Positions 24,501 to 35,799 of a stretch of 64,000 bases of DNA are shown in pieces. The stretch lies in NCBI GenBank assembly GCA_002811645.1, contig PDIP01000083.1, forward strand, positions 162,834 to 226,833, in the 5' to 3' direction. The DNA is from Corallochytrium limacisporum Hawaii. Its lineage: Eukaryota; Protista; Pluriformea. Positions within the stretch are counted from its first letter, which is position 1, and each line of letters opens with the position of its first letter. The position numbers were made by a program, and so were the translations under genes. Under the pieces are notes generated by a model, which worked only from the letters and a program-made list of their open reading frames with translations, searched no databases and was not told where the DNA came from.

Positions 24501-27124
24501 GAGTGCCCGGAGAGCCTTGGTGAGTGCGTGCGTGTTAAGTAAGTAGGTCAGGTGGTGAGATCACCTGCTTACAACTGGCAAATTTGCCAGGCCGCACGAT
24601 GTCATACACACCTATGCCTACCTCAGGGGAGGAAACCAACAGCGGTACCGCGAGCGGGAGGCGACGAAATCACGCGGAGAGAGAGAGTGTAGAGAAGCAG
24701 CCAGGGGGGGGGGAAGGTGAGAGTGGCCAAGGGGGGTGAGGAGAGGCGGGACGGGGGAGACAGGACAGTTTCTCCCCTTTCCCTCCCCTCCCGTCCTGCA
24801 CGGGGGCTTTTTATTTAAACCGCCATCAAAGGCATCAACATCATCATCATCATCATCATCATCACAGGTGGGTCGGTGGGAAGGATAAAACATGGAGGCG
24901 AGGTGCATCCGGTGGTGCGGAAGGGAGCAGGGGAGCCGGGCATGGGTGGTCCACGACAGATTCGGGATTTGTGGCGCCTGCGAAGCAAAAACAAAAAACC
25001 CAAACTGTCAAAAGAAGCTCGGGGAATTTTCATATACTCTCAGGCAACAGCTCTGGAATCAAAAACTGCAAGCAGAATGAGATAAAATGGACACAAGATC
25101 AAACCTAACCCAATCCCCCCCCAACCACCAAGTCTACCTACCCTAGAACAAACAACAGAATGAACCAAAAAGCACTTGATACTAACCACAACCACAACAA
25201 CAACAACAACAACAACAAAACCAGTCAAAGGAAAGAAGGTTAAATAATGACAACAAAGGAAGAGAAGCAGGGGGCGGGCGGGGGGGGGGTTGGACAAATC
25301 AACCGAGGATGTGTGTGTCTCTTGGATTGGTGGAGGAGGAGGGAGGGCCAGAGAAATTGAAAAAAGGCGAGGAGATCTCGGACAAGATGAACCACCGTTT
25401 GGTTCATCTTCTCAGACCGTGCCCCTTTGTCCTTAGTCACCACCTTTGGCCGTACTGTCCGTGTTTTGTGTGTGCATGGTGAGTATTGGGCTTTCAGCAC
25501 ATGGTTCCCATTTCCTGCCTTTTCTGTTTTTACCTTTGGAACCAAACGCTGTTTTGGCTTCTTCTCTGTGTGTGTTCCGGGAATCGGCGGAGCATTTTCT
25601 TTTCCGTCTCCTTTGTCCATTGTTTGTTCTCTGACTTGGTAGTAGTTCATACGGGTGTGTCTGGCACCATGGCCGTTGTTCAGGTACCACTTGCAATTTT
25701 TCTCTTTGTGTGTGTGTGTGGATGGCATGATCTTTCTTTCAATTTTTTTTTCTTTTCATTTCCGTTCCTTGGTGAAGGCGGCAAGTAGCCCAAACACACA
25801 GACACACACACGCACACACGCACTGGATGGACGGTAGTGGGCAGAAAGCCCTGAGAAGGTTGGCCATCAGTTAGCCTGCCGCAGAGCCTGCTCGCACGAT
25901 GGCACGCAGGCACAAGAGATGGATGGTTGGACAAAGGAGAGAGATGGCAAAGCATATCGGAAGCACCAGGGTGAGGTAGATGAGAGAGTGTGTCACACGC
26001 ACCCTGAAAACATCAGGGAGTGGTGGGTCAGTTGATATCTATTGGTGCCTCACCGGCCCGTGATCGAACCAGGCCTCCCTTCCTCGATTCCCTCAGTCTA
26101 CCAAAGGAGACGAGGCACTCATCATCTCACCACCGAAGCCCACACACCAACACACAGAGCACACGCTACGACCATGAACCGAAGCAAAAACGTAAAGAAA
26201 CAGACAGACCAGACCAGATAAGAGATTATTGATAGGAAGGACCCTAAAATATACCAACTGGTACATACCCTGGTTCGGGCGTGTGTGGCTTGGGCCAAAA
26301 CCCGGAGAGAAGAAAATGGTATGGGACGAGCGGATAAGATGGGGAGGAGAGATGGGGAGCTCTGGGGCAATAACTGTGTTCATGTGTGCACGCACGGCAT
26401 CATCGCTTCCTAGGGAAGATAGAAGGGCGAATGCACCAACCGGTGCCTGCGGTGGACATTGCGAAACACGTTGGCTTATTTTGTGGCTAGCGGGCCGATG
26501 GGAAAAGGCGGGCGCGGGTCAACACTAAGGGTCGCATGCAGCAGTGATCAGTTGTACATGAAAGAGTGTCCGGACGGCAGTACAGTGCACCTCCAGAGCA
26601 GGAGACGCCTCCATGTCGACCTCCTGTGGTTATCATATACGACTGCCCAAACCGTTAATTCTCCCGCACCGCTTGCTTGGGCTGAGAAAATTGATTACCA
26701 ACCTGCACGTCACGCAAGCCGACCGGCCCGCTTGACCAAAAAGCCCTCCCACCCGCCTTTTCTCCTTGTTCCAGGGGAAGGGGGGGGGAGGGGGAGGAAG
26801 ATTTTTCTTTTTGGGGTTTAGTTTCCTAGAGGCGCACCGCTGGTTCTTCTTCAGCACCCGCGTGTTTGAATTTTGTTTTCCTTTTCTCGTGGTCTGCCAG
26901 GGAGCCACCGCACTACAACCCAACAACCACCCACCCCGCACCACCCGCTTGGGGTTTCGCGCGGCGCCACCTCTCCCTCCCCCAACCCGCGTTGGGGGAG
27001 GGGTTACAGACAACTTGATCCTTGTTACTGAGTGAGGAGGGGGCGGGACCAGGTTGGTGGGATGAGGGGAGGAGCGAGCGGTGGCAAATTGTGCGGGTAT
27101 GAGGACAGTCGAGACATGCCACAT

Positions 27125-27159
<35 letters not shown>

Positions 27160-27508
27160 CTCTCTCTCTCTCTCTCTATGTGTGTGTGTGTGCCTGGGGC
27201 TCTTCTTCCCGTTCCTCTGTATCTCGCTCTTTCCTATTGTCGTGTCTCCATGTGATTGTTTGCTTTGTAGACAAACACAAGCTCCCTTACCCCAACCACC
27301 CGTTTGCCCCCGCTCTCTTTGTCTACCGGGGCCAAGGAAAATAGGCCCCCTCTCAACACTCTTGGGCTGATTTGAATAGATTCGATTTCAAGACATCACC
27401 CCTCCCGAGCCGCTTTGTTGGGCGGTCCCCGCCCACGGGAGGATGGGGGCACTCTGACTGACGAGCACAAAACTGCTACCCACAGGGGACCTGTGCGAGT
27501 ACGGGAAA

Positions 27509-27860
27509 GTAAGTCACCTACTTTTCTGTCCTCGGGTGATCCAATCTGCCTATGTGGGTATGGTGCGCTGAAAATTGGGGCCTGGTAGGTGTTCGTTGAA
27601 GGGTGAACAAGGTACAGCCGGGCAATTCTGATCGTTGGGGGCCAACTCTTGTTCGTTGCATTTTGTGTGCATTGACATACAGATGTGGATCTCAGTTTTT
27701 TATGCAGTGGTTTCTACAGGAAACCAGAATACTTTGCACATGTAAACGGGGATATTTCGCACTTGTCTATGTTGACAGGGTTCATATTGGTATTTCGTAG
27801 ACAGATTATGCAGCAGTCGTTGGCCTTTTGTTTGGCTAATCTAGCTTTCCAAATACACAG
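27509..27860 (+). other. Candidate 5'-UTR intron of NAA30
   Basis: GTAAGT at 27509, branch-like GCTAAT 27835-27840, CAG ending 27860. Confidence 0.4.
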
Positions 27861-27971
27861 AGAAAACCAGTATTTCATTATTTATTTAGGCAATGTTTCA
27901 TCCATTCAGTCGGTGACTGTGTTGTAATACAGCAGCTTATAACAAATCACGGTCTCGTGTGTACGTACAGA

Positions 27972-28544
27972 ATGGCAGTTGTGGCATCGTCGAGTAAAGC
28001 CCTCGAGGTTGGGACCATGAGCACATTTCGAGACTACATTCCGGAGCGGATAGAGCACATTGAGCGGGATCGGTTATTCTTGGAACCTTATCAAGCTGCA
28101 CGGGATCTTAAGGCCATGATGAACCTGGTCGTAAAGGATTTGAGTGAGCCATACACAGTCTACACCTATAGATTTTTTATCAACAACTGGCCGGAATACA
28201 CATGGATCGCACGGTATGACGGTGAAGTGGTTGGCTGTGTGATTAGTAAAATGGACATGCACAAGACGTCCATGCGGGGTTATATCGCCATGCTTGCTGT
28301 AGACAAACGCTTCCGAGGCCATGGGATTGCGTCTGCTTTGGTACAGTGCGTGGCAGACTGCATGCGTGAGAATGGCGGGGACGAGGTCGTCCTGGAAAGC
28401 GAAGTCACAAACAAGGCTGCCATTGCATTATACGAAAAACTTGGCTTCGTAAGGGATAAGAGGCTGTTCACATACTACTTGAATGGTGCAGATGCGTATC
28501 GGCTAAAGCTTTGGCTCACTTCGCCGTATGAAAGATGTACATAA
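27972..28544 (+). CDS. NAA30: N-alpha-acetyltransferase 30 (NatC catalytic subunit, Mak3)
   Basis: DLSEPYTVYTYRFFI, RGYIAMLAVD..RGHGIA, EVVLESEVTN..LYEKLGF.RDKRL..YYLNG.DAYRLKL; start 27972 or 28017. Confidence 0.95.
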   Translation: MAVVASSSKALEVGTMSTFRDYIPERIEHIERDRLFLEPYQAARDLKAMMNLVVKDLSEPYTVYTYRFFINNWPEYTWIARYDGEVVGCVISKMDMHKTSMRGYIAMLAVDKRFRGHGIASALVQCVADCMRENGGDEVVLESEVTNKAAIALYEKLGFVRDKRLFTYYLNGADAYRLKLWLTSPYERCT

Positions 28545-28611
28545 AAACGTCATAGAAACTATATTGCAATCCAACCGAGGACAGTCACGGACTGCATCCG
28601 ACGCGATACTG

Positions 28612-29025
28612 TCATCCTTTGCTTTGGTTGCTTAGGTCTCGGACATGTGAATTTTCGATGCTTTGTTCCCAATTCATCCCATCAAATTGACGGTTAATTT
28701 GCTTCGTGATCGTTGTGGGATCTACGCAATGAATGTTGACGGCATACCCATCGGGATTGCTCCGTGGTACGTAGATTGGGCTTATTCCACAAGTCTTGCA
28801 AAAATAATGCTTTGCTACCATCGTGTTGAACCGATACAGGGTCATTTTCGACTCCCAATCACTATTATCAAAGGTAACTTTCACTGCTGGACAGATAATA
28901 TGGGGATTCTGTCGCATGACGCAGATGCTGCAGTTGCAATGCCATACTTCCACCTCAGAGGATGGTGTTGAGAATGTAAATTGAACGCTGCCACAGTGGC
29001 AGCTGGATCTGTGTTTCACTGACAT
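28612..29025 (-). CDS. CENP-V / GFA-family zinc protein
   Basis: SCHCGSV, CNCSIC, HYFCKTCGI..YVPRSNPDG..VNIHC; likely start at MSVKHR. Confidence 0.9.
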   Translation of the reverse strand: MSVKHRSSCHCGSVQFTFSTPSSEVEVWHCNCSICVMRQNPHIICPAVKVTFDNSDWESKMTLYRFNTMVAKHYFCKTCGISPIYVPRSNPDGYAVNIHCVDPTTITKQINRQFDGMNWEQSIENSHVRDLSNQSKG

Positions 29026-30667
29026 GATTTTCATCATCTGAAGAAATCTGTGCCATGTCGAAGTCGTGATCATACTCGCATGGCACCAAATAGGTCCCGT
29101 TTGGCCCTGTGCCAAGCGCTCGTATTGACTTCTCGGAGCAGTCCGTCCCCCCCCCCCGGGGGGCGGAGAGGACATCAGCTGGGGGCCTAATACCAAGCAC
29201 CCACTTGGTGGCTTGTTGATCACCGAAGTTGATTGTTGATTCTCTAAATTCCTGAATCTAACCCCCTCCCCCCCCCACCTGCAGGCCATTTCGTCGCGCT
29301 CTCCGAAACCCCGGTTTCAAAGTGTTTTTATTCACCGTTGCCTGCCTCTCGCACCCAAGTCCACTTCTCGGTTGCACAAAGGTGTGGGTGTGCTGCCTGT
29401 CACACCGTCCATAGATTTCATTCTGCCCCGATCATTCCCTCCCAGGAAAAAAGGTTTGCAGGAGAGAGATTTCCTTCTTTTCTAAGCGACAGCGAGAATC
29501 AGGTCATTTCATTGCTTACCTCGTTCTCTTCGAGATGGAATCTTTTTCATTGCTTTGTTCTCAGAAACATAATGCCAAGAGAATACATTTGTTGAATATG
29601 GGTTGTCTAGCAGCGAACTGATTTCTTTGCGTCCATCCAAATGCAGCCAAATTCTGTCCTGCGGAAGCGTCAGGTCTATAACTTAAACTTCGGTTCACTC
29701 GCTATAAAGCCAATGCGGCTACTCTCGGGCATCAAGCATCGAGACATACAAGATGCCAAGAACGTCGCAAGGATTATATACGTGTATTACTACCACAGCA
29801 GACTGAAACCTGAACGTAGACACAGCCTAACCCCGATGCGGGCCGACCGTAACGATCGAACGCCTGGATACAGCGAACCATACGATAGCATCGCCCCGCC
29901 AGGAAACATGGCCATCAGTGCCTCGGTGTAGCATCGAAAGCTTACCACTACATGTCTTCCATTCTGCCTGATATGCTGCTATCTATCCTTCCATGCACGA
30001 TGATTTGTCTTTCCGCAGAGCTTCGTGTGGGCGCCACCTTTTCCCCCCACTCTTTCGTCGCATGCGCTCAACCCTAAATTCCATAGTGTATATAGAATCA
30101 TTTAATACTAAATGAAGAGTTTTGATACGCCTTTGATTTCAACAGCTGTCATCAAACGACTAGAGAGAGGCGAGCCACGAGACGCCGTTCACGAGCTTCC
30201 GATTGAGGATTAGGCCTGCCTACGACGACCTGTATTTATTCCGAGTCGTTCACATTCCGCAAACGCAGGACCGAGGAAACCCCTAATCACCGGGCTTGGC
30301 CCCGTTCAAGGGCACCTCTTAAGTAACGGGGTTCATGGGAGGGGGGGACTGCTCAGCCCCAGCACCACCAACACAGCATTTTCTTCCCCATTCCTCCCCA
30401 CCCGATCTTCCCCCAGCTCTTCTTCCTCGCTTTTGGTTTTTTTTTTACATTCGGTGCCGCCAGGGATTGCTTTGGGCCTACACCGGATTTTATTGCGCCC
30501 TTCTCTTGATTACGTGCTGCTGTACACTCTTATAAAAAAAAAATAACGGATTGGGGAGGGGGCCTAGTTTTTATCCCCAATCACTCCAGCCGCAAAACAT
30601 AGGTGCTTAAATAGACTCCCGTTTGAACCACAAAGGGAGCGGAAGCAGGGGATGGGGATGGCCTACC

Positions 30668-31622
30668 GTAAGTTTCGTTCCATTTTCGAACATTAAGAAT
30701 CTGCGGTCCGACAAAAAGGGGTCGGGCGGGTGTCGGATCGTAGATTTTGTTGCGTACATTTACTACTGAGTTAATCTAGCTTGTAAACAAAGAAAGGGTA
30801 AGAGGGGGTTCACTCCCTGGCGATGTCAGGGCAACCGACCGTCTCGTTCTCGGCTGTATGCGTGTCACGCGAACTTGATGCGGTGCCGAAAATATGCCCA
30901 CACAACGTCACCGCAGACCGTGCGGGAACATTCCGCATACTGAACATTAGAGCAGTTCGGCCGTGCGGGGAGGGAGCCCGGGCGTATTCAACTGAATGGT
31001 CGTGTTTCACGGTGCCATCCTTGAGCCCAGGGACCCCATTGGTGAGTTTTGGGATCCAACGCTCCCACTGGGAGACGAAGGAGGCGAAGGAGGGGAGAAG
31101 GGGAGAGAGAGCACGGAAGAAACCATTAAAAATGCCCAACGAGAGGAAGAAAGGTTTCAGGGGTTCGACGGCTAGGATCCACAGTTCGGTACTTTGGGTA
31201 TGGGCCCGGTGCTGGTGCGGGGTTCCGGGGGTTTTCGAGGGGAGGTGAACGCATCATGCAATAGCCAGTCTTTTTGCCATAGGGAGAGTACACTGAACTG
31301 CCTGCTGGGTGGGCAGACCGCGATTGACGTTCTTGGGCACGGGCAGTGCGTAGGACGGGGACGCCAGTAATTCCATTCAGGAATGTCCTTGGCTTGAACA
31401 GTGCTAACGGGTGATTATGTTTGGAACTGTTTTGAAAGACCTAAGAAATATGGAATAATGTGCAGGAATAATAGGTCGTTTTTTGCCTGGCAATACAACT
31501 ATTTACGAGCCATCCGAAATGAAACGGCGCCTGCCTGAGACGTTTTCGATCTGCATAGTAAATTTACGCGGGTATGTTTTTAACCTCTGACACAATCGTT
31601 TAGATTACTGCTAATGTTTTAG
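30668..31622 (+). other. Candidate 5'-UTR intron of the 31662 gene
   Basis: GTAAGT at 30668, TGCTAAT 31609-31615, TTTTAG ending 31622, about 40 nt before the ATG. Confidence 0.4.
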
Positions 31623-31661
31623 ACAAGTCACCGAACATATTTAGAACAGTGGAACAAAATC

Positions 31662-32597
31662 ATGCGCCCTCAATCCACGCGCAAGGACCGCTATCGGGCT
31701 GTGAATCGGGACCCCCATGACCACGCACGAGAATACGACGGTCTGGAGGACACCGAATACACGGATTTTATGATCGAGGAGCCGCCGTATGTATCTGACA
31801 CAAAATGGAGAGTGGTCTGTACGGTTTGTGCTATACTCATGGTCGTTGGAATCGCAGTGGGAGCAGCTTTGGGATTGGCCAAAGGACACGCACACGAGCA
31901 CACCGGTCGCGTTGATCACTTCCCCGATGAACAGGACGGGAGTGTGGCGGGTTCGTTGTCACATGCAAGTCAATCCACCAACAGTAGTAGCACAGTAGAC
32001 TCAACGACACCTTCAGCGGCAGTGACCACGGATGTACCAAGTACAACCTCGGAGGAAGTCGCTTCTCAGACCACTGCCGCAGGAGATGATCTGATTTGCG
32101 TTGAAAATGGAAACATTGACAATACGATCGAGAGCCCCATGTTTAAGAAAAAGTATGACGATGGTCAACCTTGGATGCACATGCTTTTCAGAAACAAGGA
32201 GCACATTGTTCGTGATGTGGAAAACATAGACAATGGCGTCCGCACACACACCCGTTCTGATGACCCTCAAGTGGCCTGGTTCATTGCTGCCCATGTTCAC
32301 AAGATGCACAACCGTGTGGAGTCCAACTGTGGCAAGATTCCACATCAATTTGACCCCCTTTTCCAGGCGATCAGTAAGCACCGGGCTCTTATCAGTCTCG
32401 AGTACGCGGAAACAGAGAACGGTGTTAAAGTTACGGAAACCAGCGACCATCCTTGCATTGTGGAGCTCATCCAAGCACACGCAGAAGCGGTTTCTCATTT
32501 CATTGAGCGGGGCATGAAGTGGGCTATGCAACCTCATGACGTCCCCGATTGCCTGAAGGACATGTATGCTCTAGCAGATGTATCAAATACTTCGTAG
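31662..32597 (+). CDS. Type II membrane protein with S/T-rich stalk and internally duplicated His-containing C-terminal domain
   Basis: 311-aa ORF; one hydrophobic segment (aa ~51-72); repeats NGVRTHTRSDDP..IAAH and NGVKVTETSDHP..IQAH. Confidence 0.8.
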   Translation: MRPQSTRKDRYRAVNRDPHDHAREYDGLEDTEYTDFMIEEPPYVSDTKWRVVCTVCAILMVVGIAVGAALGLAKGHAHEHTGRVDHFPDEQDGSVAGSLSHASQSTNSSSTVDSTTPSAAVTTDVPSTTSEEVASQTTAAGDDLICVENGNIDNTIESPMFKKKYDDGQPWMHMLFRNKEHIVRDVENIDNGVRTHTRSDDPQVAWFIAAHVHKMHNRVESNCGKIPHQFDPLFQAISKHRALISLEYAETENGVKVTETSDHPCIVELIQAHAEAVSHFIERGMKWAMQPHDVPDCLKDMYALADVSNTS

Positions 32598-33409
32598 ACA
32601 GGGGCATCTTTGCACGACACACCTCTGAAGTCGCATTGTTCCATTCATCTTGGATGGCATTTCCATTAGTAAATTCTTGTAAATTCTTCTCACTTTTCTC
32701 ATATATCAAGCTTTATTCGTGGAATCATCATTGTTCAGGCCAACCAACAAGCTGCCGCTCTGACTGGTCCTTAGTTGCATTGGCGACCTCAACCCCCAAC
32801 CCTCGGCACGGCCTTCCTCAGTGCGCAGGCCTGAAACAAGGGGGCCAATTTTCAACACCTTCGCATGTCCCCCCCTCGCTTTGGTTACCAGTTGCCCATA
32901 GGTACGGGAGTCTATTTTCAGGGCCACCGCCCTCCGGGCGGGTGGGGACCAGTGTTTTGGCTTTTGGCCAAAACCCCCATCTCAGCACGGCCCGGCCCCC
33001 CCCCCCACCGGGGCGTTGAGTATCCGTAGTTAGCGTGAATATGTCTCGAGCAGTGGGAAGAGGCAACGAGAGAGAACCGGGGGCGCCAGGGTAGAGGTGT
33101 CTCGGTTTGCCGGTTCGTATGGACGCTGCGATGGGAGGACCTGATGGCAATGGAAAAACAAGAGGTGTGAAGAAATAGCAATCATCAGTGGGTCCTTGCC
33201 ATTGGACGAGAGGACGTCAGCTATTTTGGACAAGTCTCGTACGTGTGCCAGTGAGCGTGTACTGCTGTGGTCGATCTATTTGAACATCATGTGCAGTCAA
33301 CGATCAACAGAGAAGCCAATGGAAACAATTTCGGTTTGAGGACTTGTGAAACAAAGGGACTATCATCTCTTCGGGAAAAAAGAAAGGAGTGATAAGCCAT
33401 AAACCGAAA

Positions 33410-35620
33410 ATGAGTCGCGAAGCACTGCACTCAGATCCGGGAGCCGTGCCCGGGAGTCTGACGGGCGCGCATCGGTATAACGTCGCCGCCTTGGAGCACA
33501 GTGGCAGTAAGGATGCAAAGACTCGCACCGCTGCTGTCACACAACCTGTACCAGAATACTACGAGCAGAATCAAGGAGAGAGTCTGGATTCCCGCCTGGC
33601 GGCAATTGAGCAAATGCATGGACTTGGTCCTCCTGACATGTGCCATGTGAGCAAGTCGATCACTCGCCAGGGCGGTATCTTTTCTGCTGCGGAGACAACG
33701 AACAAGGGCACCTACCACTACATCCACGGTCTCGATGTGACAAGTGGTGCTGCGATTGCTGCGTACTTTACGTCGTTGCTAGCTGCACCTCGCCAGACAG
33801 AATGGCCAGTGCGGGGTGAATGGAAGATCCAGGGTGGCACCTACTGCTCTTACAATGCCTTCACCCGCACCGATGTGCGTGTTGAAATTACCATGCCCGG
33901 CAGCGTCCTGGCCTACGGAGTCAATAATCGCGGGGACCGATTCGAGACGACAGAAAGGACGTGGCAGGAGTTGTGGATCTCTGCGGTGCTGCGTTGGGTG
34001 GACCGCCCGAATCCGTTTGTGCACCACGTGGATTGTCTGCGTACGTTTGATCCTTTCGATGAGAAGAGCAGTGAGCAAGCATTCCTCAAGGCTGCGGCTG
34101 AAATGTTCTGGGAAGGCGTTTCATTGGGATCCTCTGAGCCTCTGGCCATCCCAGACAATGTCAACAACCGTCTGACCCAGGGACTGCGTCGGTTCTTCAT
34201 GGACACTGGTCGGTACGCAGATGCCATTGATTTCTTTGCACAGTTCGTGGACCGCGACGCGGAGCTGCAGGCCCTGATTGCTGAAGCGGAGGACAACCTG
34301 AATCGCCGCACTCAGAGCCTCTGTACCCTCGCTCGGACCTTGAAGGAAGTTCCGGAGTCAGCTAACCTGCTGGTCGCGGAGGGGTCCCTGCTTGTCCATG
34401 CCGGGCAGATGGAACTTGCGGAGAGTGTGAGTCGATACGCTGCAGATACCTCTCCCGGCCGTTCCAGCGTCTGGCTGAACCTGGCACGAGTGTATCTAGC
34501 AAGGGAAATGTACGAAGACTGTCTAGTCGCCCTGAACGTTACACCAATGAATTCTAGCGCGGAGTTCTTCATTCCGGACATGCCTCCGGCGGCACGTCGC
34601 ATGCACGACAATACAGCCGTGCTGGACATGATTGAACAGGAGGAAGACGGTGATGAAGCACTATTCTCTCTGCTGGGCCCGAACCTAAAGGAGAACTTCC
34701 TGGAGGCCTACACCATCCTCGCAGACATTGTGAAAAAGACTGGCTGGGATCAGTTGCTGGCCTTCCGCTCCAAGGTGTTTGTCATGGAGGAGGAATACGT
34801 GATGAGCACCAAGGAATTGGCAGAACGGAAACGCAAGGCCACGGAGCAGCGCAGAAAGCACACACCGCACGAGGGCTCGCCTGAAGGCAAGCCCCGCCAG
34901 GGCCAACGTACGGTCTCTGAAAGCTCCGAAGAGCAGAAGCCTTCGACACAGGACGACAGCCAACAAAAGGAGCAGGAAGACCAGCAAGAGGAGCCGCAAG
35001 AACAGCAGGAAACGACCAATGCGGCAACCGTGGACAAACCTGACGGCACTACCGCGGAGGAGGAAGCTCGTGGAAGCGATCAATCCAACAAGGAGCAATT
35101 GGAGCGCAAGCGTCTGTGCGAACGCTGGTTGGATCACATTTTCATGGCGCTCTACAAGGATCTGCGTCAGTATTCACTATGGAAGGCCCAGGAGGCCCGG
35201 GTACGGCAGGGGGCGACTGCTCAGGAACGCACCGTGGGCGACATGCTCCGCTTGGGTCAGCTTGCGGAGCGTTTGCTCCGGGAAGAGGACGCCCTCCGCT
35301 GTTACGCTCAGTGTGTGGAAATTGCCTACAGTCTGCGCGCGTGGTGCCAGCTCACTACGCTGTACATCAAACTCCAGCAGTACGACGATGCCTTGGCTGC
35401 CGTCGGCAAAGTCTTCAGTTTCTACTCCATGAACCGGCAGCTGATGGTGCCGCAGAAGGTCCTCGCTGCCCTGAACCAGATGGTTGTGGCCAAGGGATTG
35501 AAATACTGCACAGAAAACATTGAGGCTGTCGGTGACCTGACGCCTGGCATGAAGTGGGCACTCTGGTTCGTTACGCGCAGGCGTCCCGTTCTCTTCGATC
35601 AAGGGAAGTCTGGAGCCTAG
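33410..35620 (+). CDS. ChAPs family (Chs5p-Arf1p-binding; Bch1/Bud7-like exomer subunit)
   Basis: LGPPDMCH, GTYHY..GLD..S.A.IAAY, GTYCSYNAFTR.DVRV...PG.V, WDQLL.FRS.VFVMEEEY, KRLCERWLDH.FM.LY.DL; TPR-like helices. Confidence 0.92.
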   Translation: MSREALHSDPGAVPGSLTGAHRYNVAALEHSGSKDAKTRTAAVTQPVPEYYEQNQGESLDSRLAAIEQMHGLGPPDMCHVSKSITRQGGIFSAAETTNKGTYHYIHGLDVTSGAAIAAYFTSLLAAPRQTEWPVRGEWKIQGGTYCSYNAFTRTDVRVEITMPGSVLAYGVNNRGDRFETTERTWQELWISAVLRWVDRPNPFVHHVDCLRTFDPFDEKSSEQAFLKAAAEMFWEGVSLGSSEPLAIPDNVNNRLTQGLRRFFMDTGRYADAIDFFAQFVDRDAELQALIAEAEDNLNRRTQSLCTLARTLKEVPESANLLVAEGSLLVHAGQMELAESVSRYAADTSPGRSSVWLNLARVYLAREMYEDCLVALNVTPMNSSAEFFIPDMPPAARRMHDNTAVLDMIEQEEDGDEALFSLLGPNLKENFLEAYTILADIVKKTGWDQLLAFRSKVFVMEEEYVMSTKELAERKRKATEQRRKHTPHEGSPEGKPRQGQRTVSESSEEQKPSTQDDSQQKEQEDQQEEPQEQQETTNAATVDKPDGTTAEEEARGSDQSNKEQLERKRLCERWLDHIFMALYKDLRQYSLWKAQEARVRQGATAQERTVGDMLRLGQLAERLLREEDALRCYAQCVEIAYSLRAWCQLTTLYIKLQQYDDALAAVGKVFSFYSMNRQLMVPQKVLAALNQMVVAKGLKYCTENIEAVGDLTPGMKWALWFVTRRRPVLFDQGKSGA

Positions 35621-35799
35621 CAAAGTTAGCTTAAATACAGTATTAATGTCTCTAGTCGCCTTGTAGAAAGCTTTTGAACATTTGTGTATTGCTCCATTAA
35701 TGTACATTTATATGCCATTTGGATCTGTTCGACATAGCAGACAAATTAAATCCAACACCGTGGTTTAGGTCGCATGAGGCCATCGTCTTCTTGTCCACG

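Noticed and set aside
22085-24546. Many ORFs rich in RE/SL/CV/HT dipeptides
   Set aside because: Translations of dinucleotide microsatellites
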